A stretch of DNA of 63,607 nucleotides, filler included, from Lama guanicoe (GCA_013239625.1; 156 parts of 156 records of this genome joined end to end with filler, not necessarily neighbours in it); one strand, 5' to 3'; counted from the first letter of the whole stretch, positions 49,294 through 63,110 are shown. Notes: a model not told the origin generated them from the letters alone. Numbers and translations are program-made.

Positions 49294-52200
49294 NNNNNNN
49301 NNNNNNNNNNNNNNNNNNNNNNNNNNNNNNNNNNNNNTTAATTAATTAANNNNNNNNNNNNNNNNNNNNNNNNNNNNNNNNNNNNNNNNNNNNTAAGTAA
49401 CTTACAAAAGTCCAAACACTTAGTAATATTTTCAAAGCACAGCAACTGGTAGATATAAATTCCAAAACTGCAGTTAGTATTTTTGTTTCCTTGTTCTTGA
49501 AACCAAGATACAGGTTCCAAAGCCTTCCTGTAGAACCCTGTAAAGATTCTTTTGAAATCATCTCTATGACTATTTACTATTAAAAAATTGCCTTAAAATT
49601 CAAATGAAAGCACTAACTTCTTAGCAATTTCCTCTTTCTGTTGCCAAAAGATTGGCCCCCATCCCTGACAAGCCAAATAACCCAGAGACAAGGTCTTGGA
49701 GCNNNNNNNNNNNNNNNNNNNNNNNNNNNNNNNNNNNNNNNNNNNNTTAATTAATTAANNNNNNNNNNNNNNNNNNNNNNNNNNNNNNNNNNNNNNNNNN
49801 NNACCCAGACTGCAGAAGCCATGCGTGGTATCCCCCCTCTCTTCCATTTCTAACCTGGAGCTGCCCAGCCTTCCACCCGGGCTCCACTTCCTGGCTATGC
49901 CCTTTCTCTAGTTCTTGCTTCCACAACTGGCCCACGTTGAGCAGGATGAGAGTGTCTACCTCACAGTGCCCACTGTGTGACCTCCCGGTTACACCAACAC
50001 AGTCACCTAAAGTGAGTGAAATGTCAGAATGGAGTCCTCGCTCCATCACACCCCAGCTCTGACCCTGGGCAATTACTTAATCACGAGGAGAACCTTTCCA
50101 TTTCCTTATCTNNNNNNNNNNNNNNNNNNNNNNNNNNNNNNNNNNNNNNNNNNNNTTAATTAATTAANNNNNNNNNNNNNNNNNNNNNNNNNNNNNNNNN
50201 NNNNNNNNNNNGACTTCCCCGAACAAGGAACTCCTGTGAATGAAGAGAGCTGCGTGGAGTAGTCTCTCCACATCCCCGACGCACTGACAATGGTTCCGGA
50301 ATACTGAGCGTTGGGAGGGTCCACCAACGGTCGGCAGCGGGTGGGTTCTAACAGAATTGCATAGCTCGTCTCCCCTGAGTGTTTTCCTAATCTCTCTGTG
50401 CCAGGGATGGCTAGGGGGGTTTGCAGGAATTCCCAGTGACGGAGGCTGCCTCCCCAAAGTCAGGGATGTCTTTTCTCGGACTTCCCTGAGCATTGAACAC
50501 CTGTGACTGAAGAGAGCTGNNNNNNNNNNNNNNNNNNNNNNNNNNNNNNNNNNNNNNNNNNNNTTAATTAATTAANNNNNNNNNNNNNNNNNNNNNNNNN
50601 NNNNNNNNNNNNNNNNNNNATGAGACTGTCCTGTCCACGATGGCAGGGGTGGGGAGACATGAGGCCTGGAGGCCTGGGGTGGGGGTCCCACCACGTGCTG
50701 GAGCTGGTTCTGGCCTGAGGGCCCCTGGGGGTGGGGAGGAACATTTGCTCAGGATCCAATTTCACCTGCTTCTATGGCAGCCTGGAACATGCACCCAGCA
50801 CACCAGTTTGGGGCAGACCAGGAGTTGCATGTGATTGGGGCAGCAGAGCGGGGTGTGTGGTCTCCTGCTGCCAAGAAGATGGAAGCTGTCACCATGCAAG
50901 GAGCAGACCCCTCCCTGGCCTTGGCCTCNNNNNNNNNNNNNNNNNNNNNNNNNNNNNNNNNNNNNNNNNNNNTTAATTAATTAANNNNNNNNNNNNNNNN
51001 NNNNNNNNNNNNNNNNNNNNNNNNNNNNCCGGAAGTGCCGCGCTTCCTAATCGCTGGCTGTGCCAGACACGCTGGGTAATTCCAGATAGGACCCAGGTCT
51101 CGACAGCAGACGGTGTAGTAACAGAATCCTGAGTCGGCTGGTCCTTCAGTGCCAGGTGACCCGCCAGGGTGACCAAGCCTCAGAGGTGGAAGGGGCGTTG
51201 CCGGGTGTCTCGTCCCACCTGCACCTCAGCGCTGGGAGCCTGTGCTCGGAACCCCTCCGGTGATGTGCTTAGGACCTCAGGAGGTGGTCACGCAAGCCCT
51301 TCTGATGGGGAGTTGAAGTCTGCCTACCCGTGACTTCNNNNNNNNNNNNNNNNNNNNNNNNNNNNNNNNNNNNNNNNNNNNTTAATTAATTAANNNNNNN
51401 NNNNNNNNNNNNNNNNNNNNNNNNNNNNNNNNNNNNNTTTGGAAGCCTAAACACACTAATATGTTAATGTATTTTTAACCTACTTTTCTTCCTGCTTTGT
51501 AACTCTTCAAAGTTATTTCTCAAAGAAGGTTTCAGTAGAACTGTTGGGTATCATAGCAGAGTTACTCTACGTCTCTTGAAAAAGACCTTATAAATGTAAT
51601 TATTTCAATAGACCCCCCAAAATTAATTTAAATTTGAGCAGGATTGTTATTGCCTTGTGCCAAAAAACTGTTCTTCCAGAAAAACTCATTTCTGAAGGAA
51701 GTAAAAACATGTACCCATATCAGAAACAGAATTAAAACCTACCACTNNNNNNNNNNNNNNNNNNNNNNNNNNNNNNNNNNNNNNNNNNNNTTAATTAATT
51801 AANNNNNNNNNNNNNNNNNNNNNNNNNNNNNNNNNNNNNNNNNNNNTAGTTCCTTTTAGGTGTACATTAAATAAATTTTTTTAGCCACTAGTTGTCATCT
51901 TTTCTATGTTAGCAAAAGCTAACTTATTTCTGAAAGTTACAGCACGCAGAGGACAGCGCTGTTTTTATGTTACACCTGCTCAGCAGTTTTGTGGCTGCCC
52001 AGTGATTTTTAGGATGACAGTGACACAGGATTGTATCAGTCAGAGGTGGAAGATTTAGTGTCCAGGCTCTTATTGGAGAAGTATATGGAAGGATCTTTCT
52101 CTTTTGAAATGTTGCATCCTAGAATTCTTTCACTGCAAGCTACCTGAGAGGAGTGNNNNNNNNNNNNNNNNNNNNNNNNNNNNNNNNNNNNNNNNNNNNT

Positions 52201-52674
52201 TAATTAATTAANNNNNNNNNNNNNNNNNNNNNNNNNNNNNNNNNNNNNNNNNNNNAAGATGGCAAGTTGGTCATTTTTACATTTGTTAGGACAATAGAGA
52301 AACTTCTTGTTGCTGACAGGTCTGTTTCTGACAAATTTATTGTAATTCTAAAACTCTGTTTTAAAAAAAATTGGTTTTGGTTTGATCTCAAAACCAAAAG
52401 AACTGGTCTTTAAGTCACTTGCAGAATTTTATAAAACTAACCACATTTTGGGGTGCCTCCCACAATACTGTTTGGCGCCATTGTTAGAACAATACTTAAT
52501 TTGGTGTTTGTTATGAAATCACTTAAATTTTCCTTCCAATTTATATCTGGAGAGTTGACCAAGTNNNNNNNNNNNNNNNNNNNNNNNNNNNNNNNNNNNN
52601 NNNNNNNNTTAATTAATTAANNNNNNNNNNNNNNNNNNNNNNNNNNNNNNNNNNNNNNNNNNNNATGAGCCCAA

Positions 52675-52880
52675 GCCAGACGGAAACAGGTTCACATCCC
52701 AGCTGTGCCCCTTCCCTGCTCAGCAACCTTGGATGACATCACCATTCTGAGCCCCGGGTTCCCCCTCCATAAAGAACAGGGACGCCAAGACTCCCTGCCT
52801 CACAGGGTCGTTTTAAGAGTTAGAGGAGGACATTTCTGTAAGGCGCCTAGCACGCTGCCTGGCGCAGCACCCATGCCCGG
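52675..52880 (+). mobile_element. MIR SINE
   Basis: GGTTCACATCCCAGCTGTGCC..ACCTTGG..TCTGAGCCCCGGGTTCCCC..CCTCACAGGGTCGTT..CCTAGCACGCTGCCTGGC. Confidence 0.75.
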
Positions 52881-53073
52881 TGAACCTCGGCTCTTTTTAC
52901 TGTTTGGGAGTTTGTCTCTGGCCGGGGTACTTGCCTGATGGGACGGCCAAACTGCTTTGTGTTCCCTTCACACNNNNNNNNNNNNNNNNNNNNNNNNNNN
53001 NNNNNNNNNNNNNNNNNTTAATTAATTAANNNNNNNNNNNNNNNNNNNNNNNNNNNNNNNNNNNNNNNNNNNN

Positions 53074-53382
53074 AGATCTGACTATGGAACCTGGGCATGA
53101 GAGAGAAGGGGGATGCAGAAATCGGAGAAAGCAAAGCCAAGTGTCACTCACCAAAGTCAAAAGAACAAGCAGTCAACACAGCTGCATCCTGCAGAGAGGT
53201 TGTGGGAGATGGCGACCAGGGAACTGGCCGAGTGAACAGACCCGCTGGTGGCTTCCAAGAGAGGTGTCCAAAGCGAGGGCTTAAGTTTTAAGGGGTGGAT
53301 CAATGGTATGGAAAAGAGAAGACTACTCTTTTGATAAGTTTGGAATTGAAGGGAAGGAGAAATGGGAGTAACACAGTCTCCG
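53074..53382 (-). mobile_element. L2 LINE remnant
   Basis: TGCATCCTGCAGAGAGGT..GACTACTCTTTTGATAAGTTTGG..TGAAGGGAAGGAGAAATGGG antisense L2-like. Confidence 0.5.
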
Positions 53383-56300
53383 NNNNNNNNNNNNNNNNNN
53401 NNNNNNNNNNNNNNNNNNNNNNNNNNTTAATTAATTAANNNNNNNNNNNNNNNNNNNNNNNNNNNNNNNNNNNNNNNNNNNNAGAATTGATTAATTAATC
53501 TTACAGGCTCAATTCACTTCAGACTTTTAAAAGTCATGGGGGAATAGCCATGATTTCTAAGCATGTCCTAAACTGGGTGCTATTTCTTCTTCTATTTGCA
53601 GATAAGGACGTTTCCTGGTCAGGGAGGGCGTGCAGGTCATCCCCGCTCCCATTCCAAGCACATGGCAGCTGTAATTAATAAACTGCCTTCCTCCTTTCCA
53701 GAAAAGTTGGATGTGATTTCAGAATCCTTCTTCCAGTTCACTCCAGGAAACCACTACTACATGATCAGAGTTAACAGTTGAGATAAAAAAANNNNNNNNN
53801 NNNNNNNNNNNNNNNNNNNNNNNNNNNNNNNNNNNTTAATTAATTAANNNNNNNNNNNNNNNNNNNNNNNNNNNNNNNNNNNNNNNNNNNNAAAAAAATG
53901 GTCCTGGAAGATATCTGGAAAGAAGCAAGTTTGACTTTTACCAAAAAAAAAAAAAAAAAGAAGCAGCAGAAGGTCATTAGCACTCTCCCAAATTTAAGTC
54001 CCTCTGAAGTCAGTCAGTCCAGCCCTGCTTATTCATAAAACCTTAGAAGGTGAATTTAGAAGAAAGAGTTCTGTCCTGTGACATGCATTAATCTTGGCTG
54101 AAGCTGAGGAAAGACATGAACCCAATGTTTTCTTTCCTAAAATAATAACAGATACTTAAGACAACAGTGAGGACAGAAATTTGAACTCTTTCACTGACGA
54201 NNNNNNNNNNNNNNNNNNNNNNNNNNNNNNNNNNNNNNNNNNNNTTAATTAATTAANNNNNNNNNNNNNNNNNNNNNNNNNNNNNNNNNNNNNNNNNNNN
54301 CTTCCAGCCACCCCCAGCCCCTCTGTCATCGACGCCCTCTATCAAGCCAGCGCACTGCTGGCACTTCCCCAGGTTTGGCCCGGGATCTCGTGACCACGCC
54401 CTCATGACCACGCCCCTCCTCCAACCTTCCGGGGCTCTCAGGTCTCCTTCTGGATCACTCAGTAGAGGCACCCATGGCTGTTGAGAGCCTTGGTTTTGGA
54501 GACAGAGATGAACTCACATTCTGACTCTGCCACCTGAGAGCCGGGCGCCCGTCATCGTGGCAACTCTGTGTTTATTAACTCTGGACAGAATTAAGAAGGG
54601 GATGACTACNNNNNNNNNNNNNNNNNNNNNNNNNNNNNNNNNNNNNNNNNNNNTTAATTAATTAANNNNNNNNNNNNNNNNNNNNNNNNNNNNNNNNNNN
54701 NNNNNNNNNAAAACTATAAAACTTGAGAAAATGAAGGGAGGAAGGAGAGGCATGTCCATGAAGCAATTTCTTATTTTCCACTATGGGGGGTCCATAAATT
54801 TTCTGCAGATGATGGATCAAGAAATAAGCATATGTCTACATGCTACTTAGAATTGTGGAGGTATCCACCAGAAGTACTAAAAATGGAAATGTTTAAAAGA
54901 AGTGTGCTTCTAGAGAGTGAGACCAGGACTGGGGAGAAGTGAGGTTAACAACTGTTTTGTTTCATCATCAACTTCTCTCCTATTTGATTTGTTTCTATTT
55001 GTAGGCATTACGTCAGTGNNNNNNNNNNNNNNNNNNNNNNNNNNNNNNNNNNNNNNNNNNNNTTAATTAATTAANNNNNNNNNNNNNNNNNNNNNNNNNN
55101 NNNNNNNNNNNNNNNNNNATCATTGCCTATCTGAATAATTGAAACTCAGACTTCAGGGAGTTCAGAGAATGAGCAGCTACTGTCAACACCTAGCTTGTCC
55201 TCTGCTTTCCTGCTAAGCCTCTGATCTAGCTTATCTTCCCTGCTTTACAGCCACTTGCAGTAGAACTCGATATATACTCCTTTCCTCTCTTTTTGCTAAA
55301 AAGGAATCTAGTGTGTGGCAGTATGTGACAACATGGCCAAACCATGAGGACATTTTGCTAAATATAATAAGACGGTTGTGGCAAAACAAATACTGCATGA
55401 TTTCACTTATCCATGGTATCTAAAATANNNNNNNNNNNNNNNNNNNNNNNNNNNNNNNNNNNNNNNNNNNNTTAATTAATTAANNNNNNNNNNNNNNNNN
55501 NNNNNNNNNNNNNNNNNNNNNNNNNNNACCAACGTCCCTCAAATTCCAAAGCCCACCTCTCCACTGTCCTAACTGATCATCTTGCATCGATAAAGATGAA
55601 TTGCAGGACCTCTAACAACAGGACAGGGACTGAGTTGATCTGTCCTTCCATCCATAGAGATGGTTGACATAGGGTTAGCGAAAGCTTTCACAGCGGTTTG
55701 AATTGGGAAAATGGTTAAAGATGTTGCTTGAGGGCAGAGGTGATTTCTTTTTCTATTTTTTCAAAGAAAATGTATTTCTTTTTGAGAGGGTAGTTAAACA
55801 TCCACTAGCAACCTTCCTGATCTCTGAACACTTCATNNNNNNNNNNNNNNNNNNNNNNNNNNNNNNNNNNNNNNNNNNNNTTAATTAATTAANNNNNNNN
55901 NNNNNNNNNNNNNNNNNNNNNNNNNNNNNNNNNNNNCCCTCACTCCTTCAATTCTATTAAATGTTTCTTTGGTCTTACTAAAGAGATTATCTTCTTTGAT
56001 CTTGACATCTGGTTATTCTGGGTCAGTGGCTCCTTCTGCCCCTATTTTCCTCCAGTACCTGAAGCACATGGTCAAATGAAGCTGGTAGAATTCTTCCCTA
56101 GTCCCTTGTCCTTCTATGACATCGTTCTCATGAAACCCAAGATGGACCATCTCGACTCTTTATCTTACCCGTGTGTCTGCACCCTGATGCTTACAAAGGC
56201 AATCTTTTGAGAAACAGATGAGAAAATAAATGGGAAAACAATTAANNNNNNNNNNNNNNNNNNNNNNNNNNNNNNNNNNNNNNNNNNNNTTAATTAATTA

Positions 56301-57163
56301 ANNNNNNNNNNNNNNNNNNNNNNNNNNNNNNNNNNNNNNNNNNNNATTAAGCATGTTTCCACTCTTTCAAAATATTAATATATTCATTATTGTTGACGTA
56401 GCTTGTTACTTTTTATGGCAGTTTTACACACACATAATAAGAAAAAAAATTTATCCGCACAGAGGAGTATACAGTGAATATAATCTCCATACCAGGACGC
56501 AGTATGGACGCTCTTCAGAAACAAGCTCTGTTAACAGCTACTGTTGCTCCATCATGTCGCAGTTGCCATTTTAATTTAAAATTATATGCTTACAGCTCTA
56601 TTTCTCAATTTTTCAGCTTTAGAAAGTATCTCCTGACTTCCGCCTAGGAAAGATNNNNNNNNNNNNNNNNNNNNNNNNNNNNNNNNNNNNNNNNNNNNTT
56701 AATTAATTAANNNNNNNNNNNNNNNNNNNNNNNNNNNNNNNNNNNNNNNNNNNNGCCCAAGTTCACAGGAGGCACATCTCCAGGTCAGTCAGCTCCCTGC
56801 AGGCAGGTGCAGTGTGGTCAGGAGGAGGGGACGGGAGAGGCTGCAGAGAGGGGTGCAGCAGGAGGCAAGGGCTGCCAAGGCAAGCCAGTGGATTTCTTCC
56901 CAGTGTTCCCCTCAGCCTGCTCTGGGGGTGCCCTCTGCTGCTTCAGGGTGGCAATTGGCATCCCTCTAGGTGGGTCGAGTCCTGGGAGGCTTCCTCCATT
57001 AGACAGACAGACATACAGACAAATAAATAGACTGACAGACACACTAGCCTCTTCCTCCATTTANNNNNNNNNNNNNNNNNNNNNNNNNNNNNNNNNNNNN
57101 NNNNNNNTTAATTAATTAANNNNNNNNNNNNNNNNNNNNNNNNNNNNNNNNNNNNNNNNNNNN

Positions 57164-57472
57164 TCACAAATTGAAGACTAAAAGCCATATTATCATCTCA
57201 ATAGATGCAGAAGAAGTTTTTGATAAAATTCAACATCCATTTATGATAAAAACTCAGCAGACAGTGGGCACAGAGGGAACATAACTCAACATAACAAAGG
57301 CCGTATATGACAAACCCTCAGCTAACATCATACTTAGTAGCAAAAAGCTGAAAGCACTCCCCCTAAGATCAGAAACAATCCAGGGAGGCCCACTCTCACT
57401 CTTCTTTAAAGCAGTTTTGGACATCCTAGCCACAGCAATCAGAGAATAGAAACAAATGAAAAGAATCCAAAT
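57164..57472 (+). mobile_element. LINE-1 ORF2 reverse-transcriptase fragment (disrupted)
   Basis: HIIISIDAEEVFDKIQHPFMIKT...YDKPSANIIL..KLKALPLRS..QGGPLS. Confidence 0.95.
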
Positions 57473-57981
57473 NNNNNNNNNNNNNNNNNNNNNNNNNNNN
57501 NNNNNNNNNNNNNNNNTTAATTAATTAANNNNNNNNNNNNNNNNNNNNNNNNNNNNNNNNNNNNNNNNNNNNTTCAAGGTTTGGGCCAGCAGGGCAGGTA
57601 TCAAAAATTAAGAGTTAATGTTGCATCCATTCTGGTTGAGTTTTATTTTCATATTAATTTTTTTCCACTTGCTATCTCTTCATTAAAGTGAATTGGGGTA
57701 GTGTGGGGAAAGAGGAAGGGTTAACAAAGGGACCAGAGCCAAAGACTGAACAGGGCTAATATTGATAAAGAAAGACAATACTGCACTCACAGTTTTTATT
57801 TTTGTGTCATCAAGATGCCTGCCTGGACTATGGTAGGGCATCAGTACATTTTATACATTAATACTGTTAAAAGTCATTAATNNNNNNNNNNNNNNNNNNN
57901 NNNNNNNNNNNNNNNNNNNNNNNNNTTAATTAATTAANNNNNNNNNNNNNNNNNNNNNNNNNNNNNNNNNNNNNNNNNNNN

Positions 57982-58136
57982 TATATAGCACAGGTAACTA
58001 TATTCAATATCTTATAATAAACTATAATGACAAGGAATATGAAAACAAATATATATGTGGATATGTATGAATAAAACATTATACCATACATCAGAAATTG
58101 ACACATTGTAACTGATTATACTTTGATTTAAAAAAA
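57982..58136 (+). mobile_element. Artiodactyl-type LINE-1 3' terminus with A tail
   Basis: TATAGCACAGGTAACTATATTCAATATCTT..CAGAAATTGACACATTGTAACTGATTATACTT + A run. Confidence 0.85.
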
Positions 58137-58149
58137 TGGGATAACTCTA

Positions 58150-58290
58150 CCTAGGTTTAAATCCCAGCTCCAACACTTAGCAGTTTTGAGGCCTGGACAA
58201 GTCATTAAACACTCTTCATTTCAATTTGCTTTTTTTTTAAAAATTAAGATAAAAATAATACTTCACAGAATGGCTGTGAGGATGAATTTT
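58150..58290 (+). mobile_element. MIR SINE remnant
   Basis: CCTAGGTTTAAATCCCAGCTCC..CACTTAGCAG..TGGACAAGTCATTAAAC..AATAATACTTCACAG..TGTGAGGATGAA. Confidence 0.7.
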
Positions 58291-58799
58291 NNNNNNNNNN
58301 NNNNNNNNNNNNNNNNNNNNNNNNNNNNNNNNNNTTAATTAATTAANNNNNNNNNNNNNNNNNNNNNNNNNNNNNNNNNNNNNNNNNNNNAAGGAAAACG
58401 TATGAGAGCAGAAAGCTCAGTGAAATAAGGCACCCTCCACTATAAAAGATTTTTAAAGAAGTTTTTATAAATATAAAAGATGATGGGTTCAGAGAACTAG
58501 GTAAATCATCAGAATAAGTGTAATTCCGCCTCAGTTGATCATGTGCAAGGAGGTCTTAACAAAACTATAGATGTTTACACATGCAAAAATTTGGTAACAA
58601 ACATTTGTAAACCTAATCGTAAACCTAAATATTACATTAAAAAATCATGAGGAGGGCAGCATAATTATTCTTACGTGAGTATATTTTGATTTAAAAAAAN
58701 NNNNNNNNNNNNNNNNNNNNNNNNNNNNNNNNNNNNNNNNNNNTTAATTAATTAANNNNNNNNNNNNNNNNNNNNNNNNNNNNNNNNNNNNNNNNNNNN

Positions 58800-59108
<309 letters not shown>

Positions 59109-59389
59109 NNNNNNNNNNNNNNNNNNNNNNNNNNNNNNNNNNNNNNNNNNNNTTAATTAATTAANNNNNNNNNNNNNNNNNNNNNNNNNNNNNNNNNNNN
59201 NNNNNNNNCCTCCTGATGTGTGCCAAACCTGAAGCCTGCCTCCAAGTCCAAAGCTCTGACTAGCAAGTAGGCCTTTTTTCACATGAAGACTCAGGGTGTG
59301 TCTCAGTGTAATATGCAGTGCCCTGAAAGTGGTAGCCTGCCCAGAAGTGTCTCTCCAACTGTTACAGCCCCAGGGGACCCAGACATGCA

Positions 59390-59517
59390 ATGGGTCCAGG
59401 CCTCCAGAGCCAGGTGATCAAGGAGCATCCCCTGAGTGGAAGCCACAAAAACTGGGTCACCAGTGTGCAGACATTCCCTGCTTGGAGATACTGGTACTCT
59501 GGAGCCCATCAGAGGGA
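59390..59517 (-). mobile_element. LINE-1 5' region remnant
   Basis: CCAGAGCCAGGTGATCAAGG..TCCCCTGAGTGG.AGCCACAAAAACTGGG.CACCAG..GGAGATACTGGTACTCTGGAG resembles antisense 5' region of laurasiatherian L1s. Confidence 0.55.
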
Positions 59518-59619
59518 NNNNNNNNNNNNNNNNNNNNNNNNNNNNNNNNNNNNNNNNNNNNTTAATTAATTAANNNNNNNNNNNNNNNNNNNNNNNNNNN
59601 NNNNNNNNNNNNNNNNNAG

Positions 59620-59712
59620 CTGTATGCCAGCCACAGTGCAAACATGGTGAATGTATCGGACCTAACAAGTGCAAGTGTCATCCTGGATATGCTGGGAAAA
59701 CCTGCAATCAAG
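59620..59712 (+). CDS. NPNT: Nephronectin EGF-like domain exon (93 bp, phase 1-1)
   Basis: ag|CT GTA TGC...AAT CAA G|gtaggg encodes [30 protein letters not shown], six-Cys EGF domain matching NPNT rather than EGFL6. Confidence 0.93.
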
Positions 59713-60479
59713 GTAGGGAAGCCGTGACATAGTAAACAATCATAAGCCTCCTCTACTGTCTGATAAAAGAATTTAAGTTCTCATGCAAATCACTTTTCCG
59801 TGACTATTATCCCCAAATATATATAAGATGCAATTTGGCTGAAAGATAAAAATATAGGAGTGGTGACTTTTTTTTTTAGTTGTATTTATTTATTTTCATT
59901 ATGTTTTGTTTTGCCTTTTTTTTTTTNNNNNNNNNNNNNNNNNNNNNNNNNNNNNNNNNNNNNNNNNNNNTTAATTAATTAANNNNNNNNNNNNNNNNNN
60001 NNNNNNNNNNNNNNNNNNNNNNNNNNTTACTTACTTACTTACTAATCATTTATTTATTTATTATTCCACAAAAGTGAACTTTAAATTAAAGCTCTCAAAA
60101 CTACTCTTTAAATGTTTGGCTGCCAATTTCAGGTTTTCATGGCCACTCTACCCTGGGCCAGGGGATGGCAAACTGGACCAGATGACCACTTGTCTATTTC
60201 TTAGGAAAGCCTTGTAAAAAATCATCACAGTGCACCCACCAGTCAAACAATGGGCATCTCAAAAGGTATCAAGAGCTCTGTCTATTTCAGCAGCAATCAG
60301 ATTCTATGACATCTGAAATTTTATATTTAAAAAAANNNNNNNNNNNNNNNNNNNNNNNNNNNNNNNNNNNNNNNNNNNNTTAATTAATTAANNNNNNNNN
60401 NNNNNNNNNNNNNNNNNNNNNNNNNNNNNNNNNNNTTTGCTGATTCACTGGTTTTACTTGGGCTAATTCTGAACTTTTG

Positions 60480-60744
60480 ACACCAGCATTTGGTGTTGCT
60501 AGTGTTTTAGATTTTGGCCATTCTACTGGGGGTGCAGTGATACCTCATTTTTAAAAATTCAGTTTTGTTGTATTGTGTAAAGAACACTTGACATGAGATA
60601 CAGCCTCCTAACAACATTTTAAGTGTACAGTACAATATTGTTGGCTATAGGTACAGTGTTGCACAGCAGATCTCTAGAGCTTTCGTCTTGCTTAAATGAG
60701 TCAGTGCCCGTTAATTAGTAACCCTTTATTACCCACTCCCCACA
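60480..60744 (-). mobile_element. LINE-1 fragments (ORF2 3' and 3' terminus)
   Basis: CACCAGCATTTGGTGTTG..TTTTGGCCATTCT and TTTTAAGTGTACAGTACAATATTGTT..GCAGATCTCTAGAGCTT. Confidence 0.8.
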
Positions 60745-60879
60745 NNNNNNNNNNNNNNNNNNNNNNNNNNNNNNNNNNNNNNNNNNNNTTAATTAATTAA
60801 NNNNNNNNNNNNNNNNNNNNNNNNNNNNNNNNNNNNNNNNNNNNTTTTTCATTTTGATGATGGTTTCCTTACCATCCAC

Positions 60880-61153
60880 CAATCCCACTCCTGTGCACAT
60901 ATCCAGAAGAGAAATAAACTGATTTGAAAAGATATGCACACTCTAATGTTCATAGCAGCACTATTTATGATAGCCAAGACATGGAAGCAACCTCTATGTC
61001 CACTGACAGATACATGGATAAAGAAGTTGTGGTATATATACATACAATTGAATACTAGTCAGCCATAAAAAGTAATGAAATAATGCCATCTGAAGCAACA
61101 TAAAAGGACCTAGAGATGATCATACTAAGTGAAGTAAGTCAAACAGAGAAAAA
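60880..61153 (+). mobile_element. LINE-1 ORF2 end / 3' UTR fragment
   Basis: CAATCCCACTCCTG..ATGTTCATAGCAGCACTATTTA..CAAGACATGGAAGCAACC..ATCATACTAAGTGAAGTAAGTCA. Confidence 0.95.
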
Positions 61154-62904
61154 NNNNNNNNNNNNNNNNNNNNNNNNNNNNNNNNNNNNNNNNNNNNTTA
61201 ATTAATTAANNNNNNNNNNNNNNNNNNNNNNNNNNNNNNNNNNNNNNNNNNNNATGCTATTTGTGTTACAGCTAGCTCTGTTTGTTTAGATGTAAAAAAT
61301 GGAAGATGCTCTCAACTCAGAGCCCTCACTGAAACATGGAAATACAGATTCTGAGGAATCTATTGAACTTTTAATGTTGTTTAAACATTCCTGGAAACAA
61401 AAGAACGGGACAGCATGTATCAGGTAGCATCACATACCATCATAGATGCAGCTTCAGCTTTGTCTGAACTGTAGGATTTTAATGACAAAAAAGTACATTG
61501 TATGGTTTGATCTGGTGTATCACAGATCTCACGTGCTAGCACTCAAAGTAAAAGAAAAAAAANNNNNNNNNNNNNNNNNNNNNNNNNNNNNNNNNNNNNN
61601 NNNNNNTTAATTAATTAANNNNNNNNNNNNNNNNNNNNNNNNNNNNNNNNNNNNNNNNNNNNCCTTCTCTCCTCTGTAGTCTGGCTGCACGCTCTGATTC
61701 CACCCTCCCGGAATTTGTGCGTGGGCTCCTTAAATGCCTCCGCCTGACTCAACTCTTTCAGGGTTTCTGATAGCCCCTCCTGGCCTGGGGTGACACTCAG
61801 CCCTGCCCGGCTGAGAGCCGGAGAGCCGGTCTGGGATGTGAACAGCATCGCAGGGGCACGTTCTGCCCACTTACTGGAGCAAACTTTGTGACTTAGGCAC
61901 CACTGATGTCACTACTCACAACGGAACCTCCTTTTTCTTACTGAAGCAGCCTTGGCAAGGCCTTTCCTTGGNNNNNNNNNNNNNNNNNNNNNNNNNNNNN
62001 NNNNNNNNNNNNNNNTTAATTAATTAANNNNNNNNNNNNNNNNNNNNNNNNNNNNNNNNNNNNNNNNNNNNAAAAAAAATGTGGCTTCTTCTCTATGAGA
62101 TCTCAGCCCTGATATGGTAGTAAAATCACCCAGACTTCATTAATCATTGGTTTAAGCACTTGATAGCTTGTAATACTCTTAATAGTAGATTATGCTTAAA
62201 GTTAGGCAATATGCTTCCAATACATTTTCAAATGTATCTGTCCTGTCTTCTACCTTAGGAGCAGAAAGAAGGGCACACAACTGAAGACTGTCTGCAGTCC
62301 CCACATCCTATGAAGGAGCTCAAAGGGAAACGTATAGAGAAAACGCATCTGTTTAAGTAAATTTCTATTTCTATTTTGAANNNNNNNNNNNNNNNNNNNN
62401 NNNNNNNNNNNNNNNNNNNNNNNNTTAATTAATTAANNNNNNNNNNNNNNNNNNNNNNNNNNNNNNNNNNNNNNNNNNNNACTTTTTTTGAAAGTTAAGT
62501 TTCTTTTTCCATCAAGATTTGTTTTATGTGAGTAGTTTAGAAGCTTGTGGTCTTGAAGTACCAACAATTAAAGTAAAATAGCTCAAGCTGATAAATGTTT
62601 AACCAAAAACAAAATATAAGAATCTAGGGTTTTTCCCTTTCCTCTGAAAAAAAGAGAGCTTGTTTCCCTTTCTTTATTCTTTCTTGGAAATATGTATTTG
62701 CATTTTGTGACTTCACATCCAGGGTGAAAAAGGCATGTCTGTAAGTTTGTCTAATTCTACGGTGTGTCCTTCATAAATCAGCATTTGTTNNNNNNNNNNN
62801 NNNNNNNNNNNNNNNNNNNNNNNNNNNNNNNNNTTAATTAATTAANNNNNNNNNNNNNNNNNNNNNNNNNNNNNNNNNNNNNNNNNNNNTAAGAGATGCT
62901 CTAG

Positions 62905-63110
62905 TTTCATTTTTTACAAGGAGCTGTCCAGTTTTCCCTGCAGAGCATTTATTAAAGAGACTGTCTTTTCTCCATGATATATACTTACCTCTTTGTCACA
63001 GGTTAATTGATCAAATGTGTGCACATATTGCTGGGCTTTCTCTTGCATTCCATTGTTTTTTTTCGTGTGTGTCTGACTGTGTGCCATTATCATCCTGTTT
63101 GATTGGTGAC
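62905..63110 (-). mobile_element. LINE-1 ORF2 fragment
   Basis: AGCTGTCCAGTTTTCCC..CATTTATTAAAGAGACTGTCTTTTCTCCAT..CTTTGTCACAGGTTAATTGA. Confidence 0.85.

Noticed and set aside
49962..49977. Two RSS heptamers CACAGTG-cc-CACTGTG
   Set aside because: Wrong order for a signal joint and no nonamer at 12/23 spacing; chance inverted repeat
53489..53500. GATTAATTAATC palindrome resembling the linker inside a contig
   Set aside because: Not N-flanked and not identical to the linker; a single AT-rich palindrome is expected by chance
53581..53781. Strong acceptor-like tract followed by a 61-aa ORF
   Set aside because: No recognisable product or convincing donor
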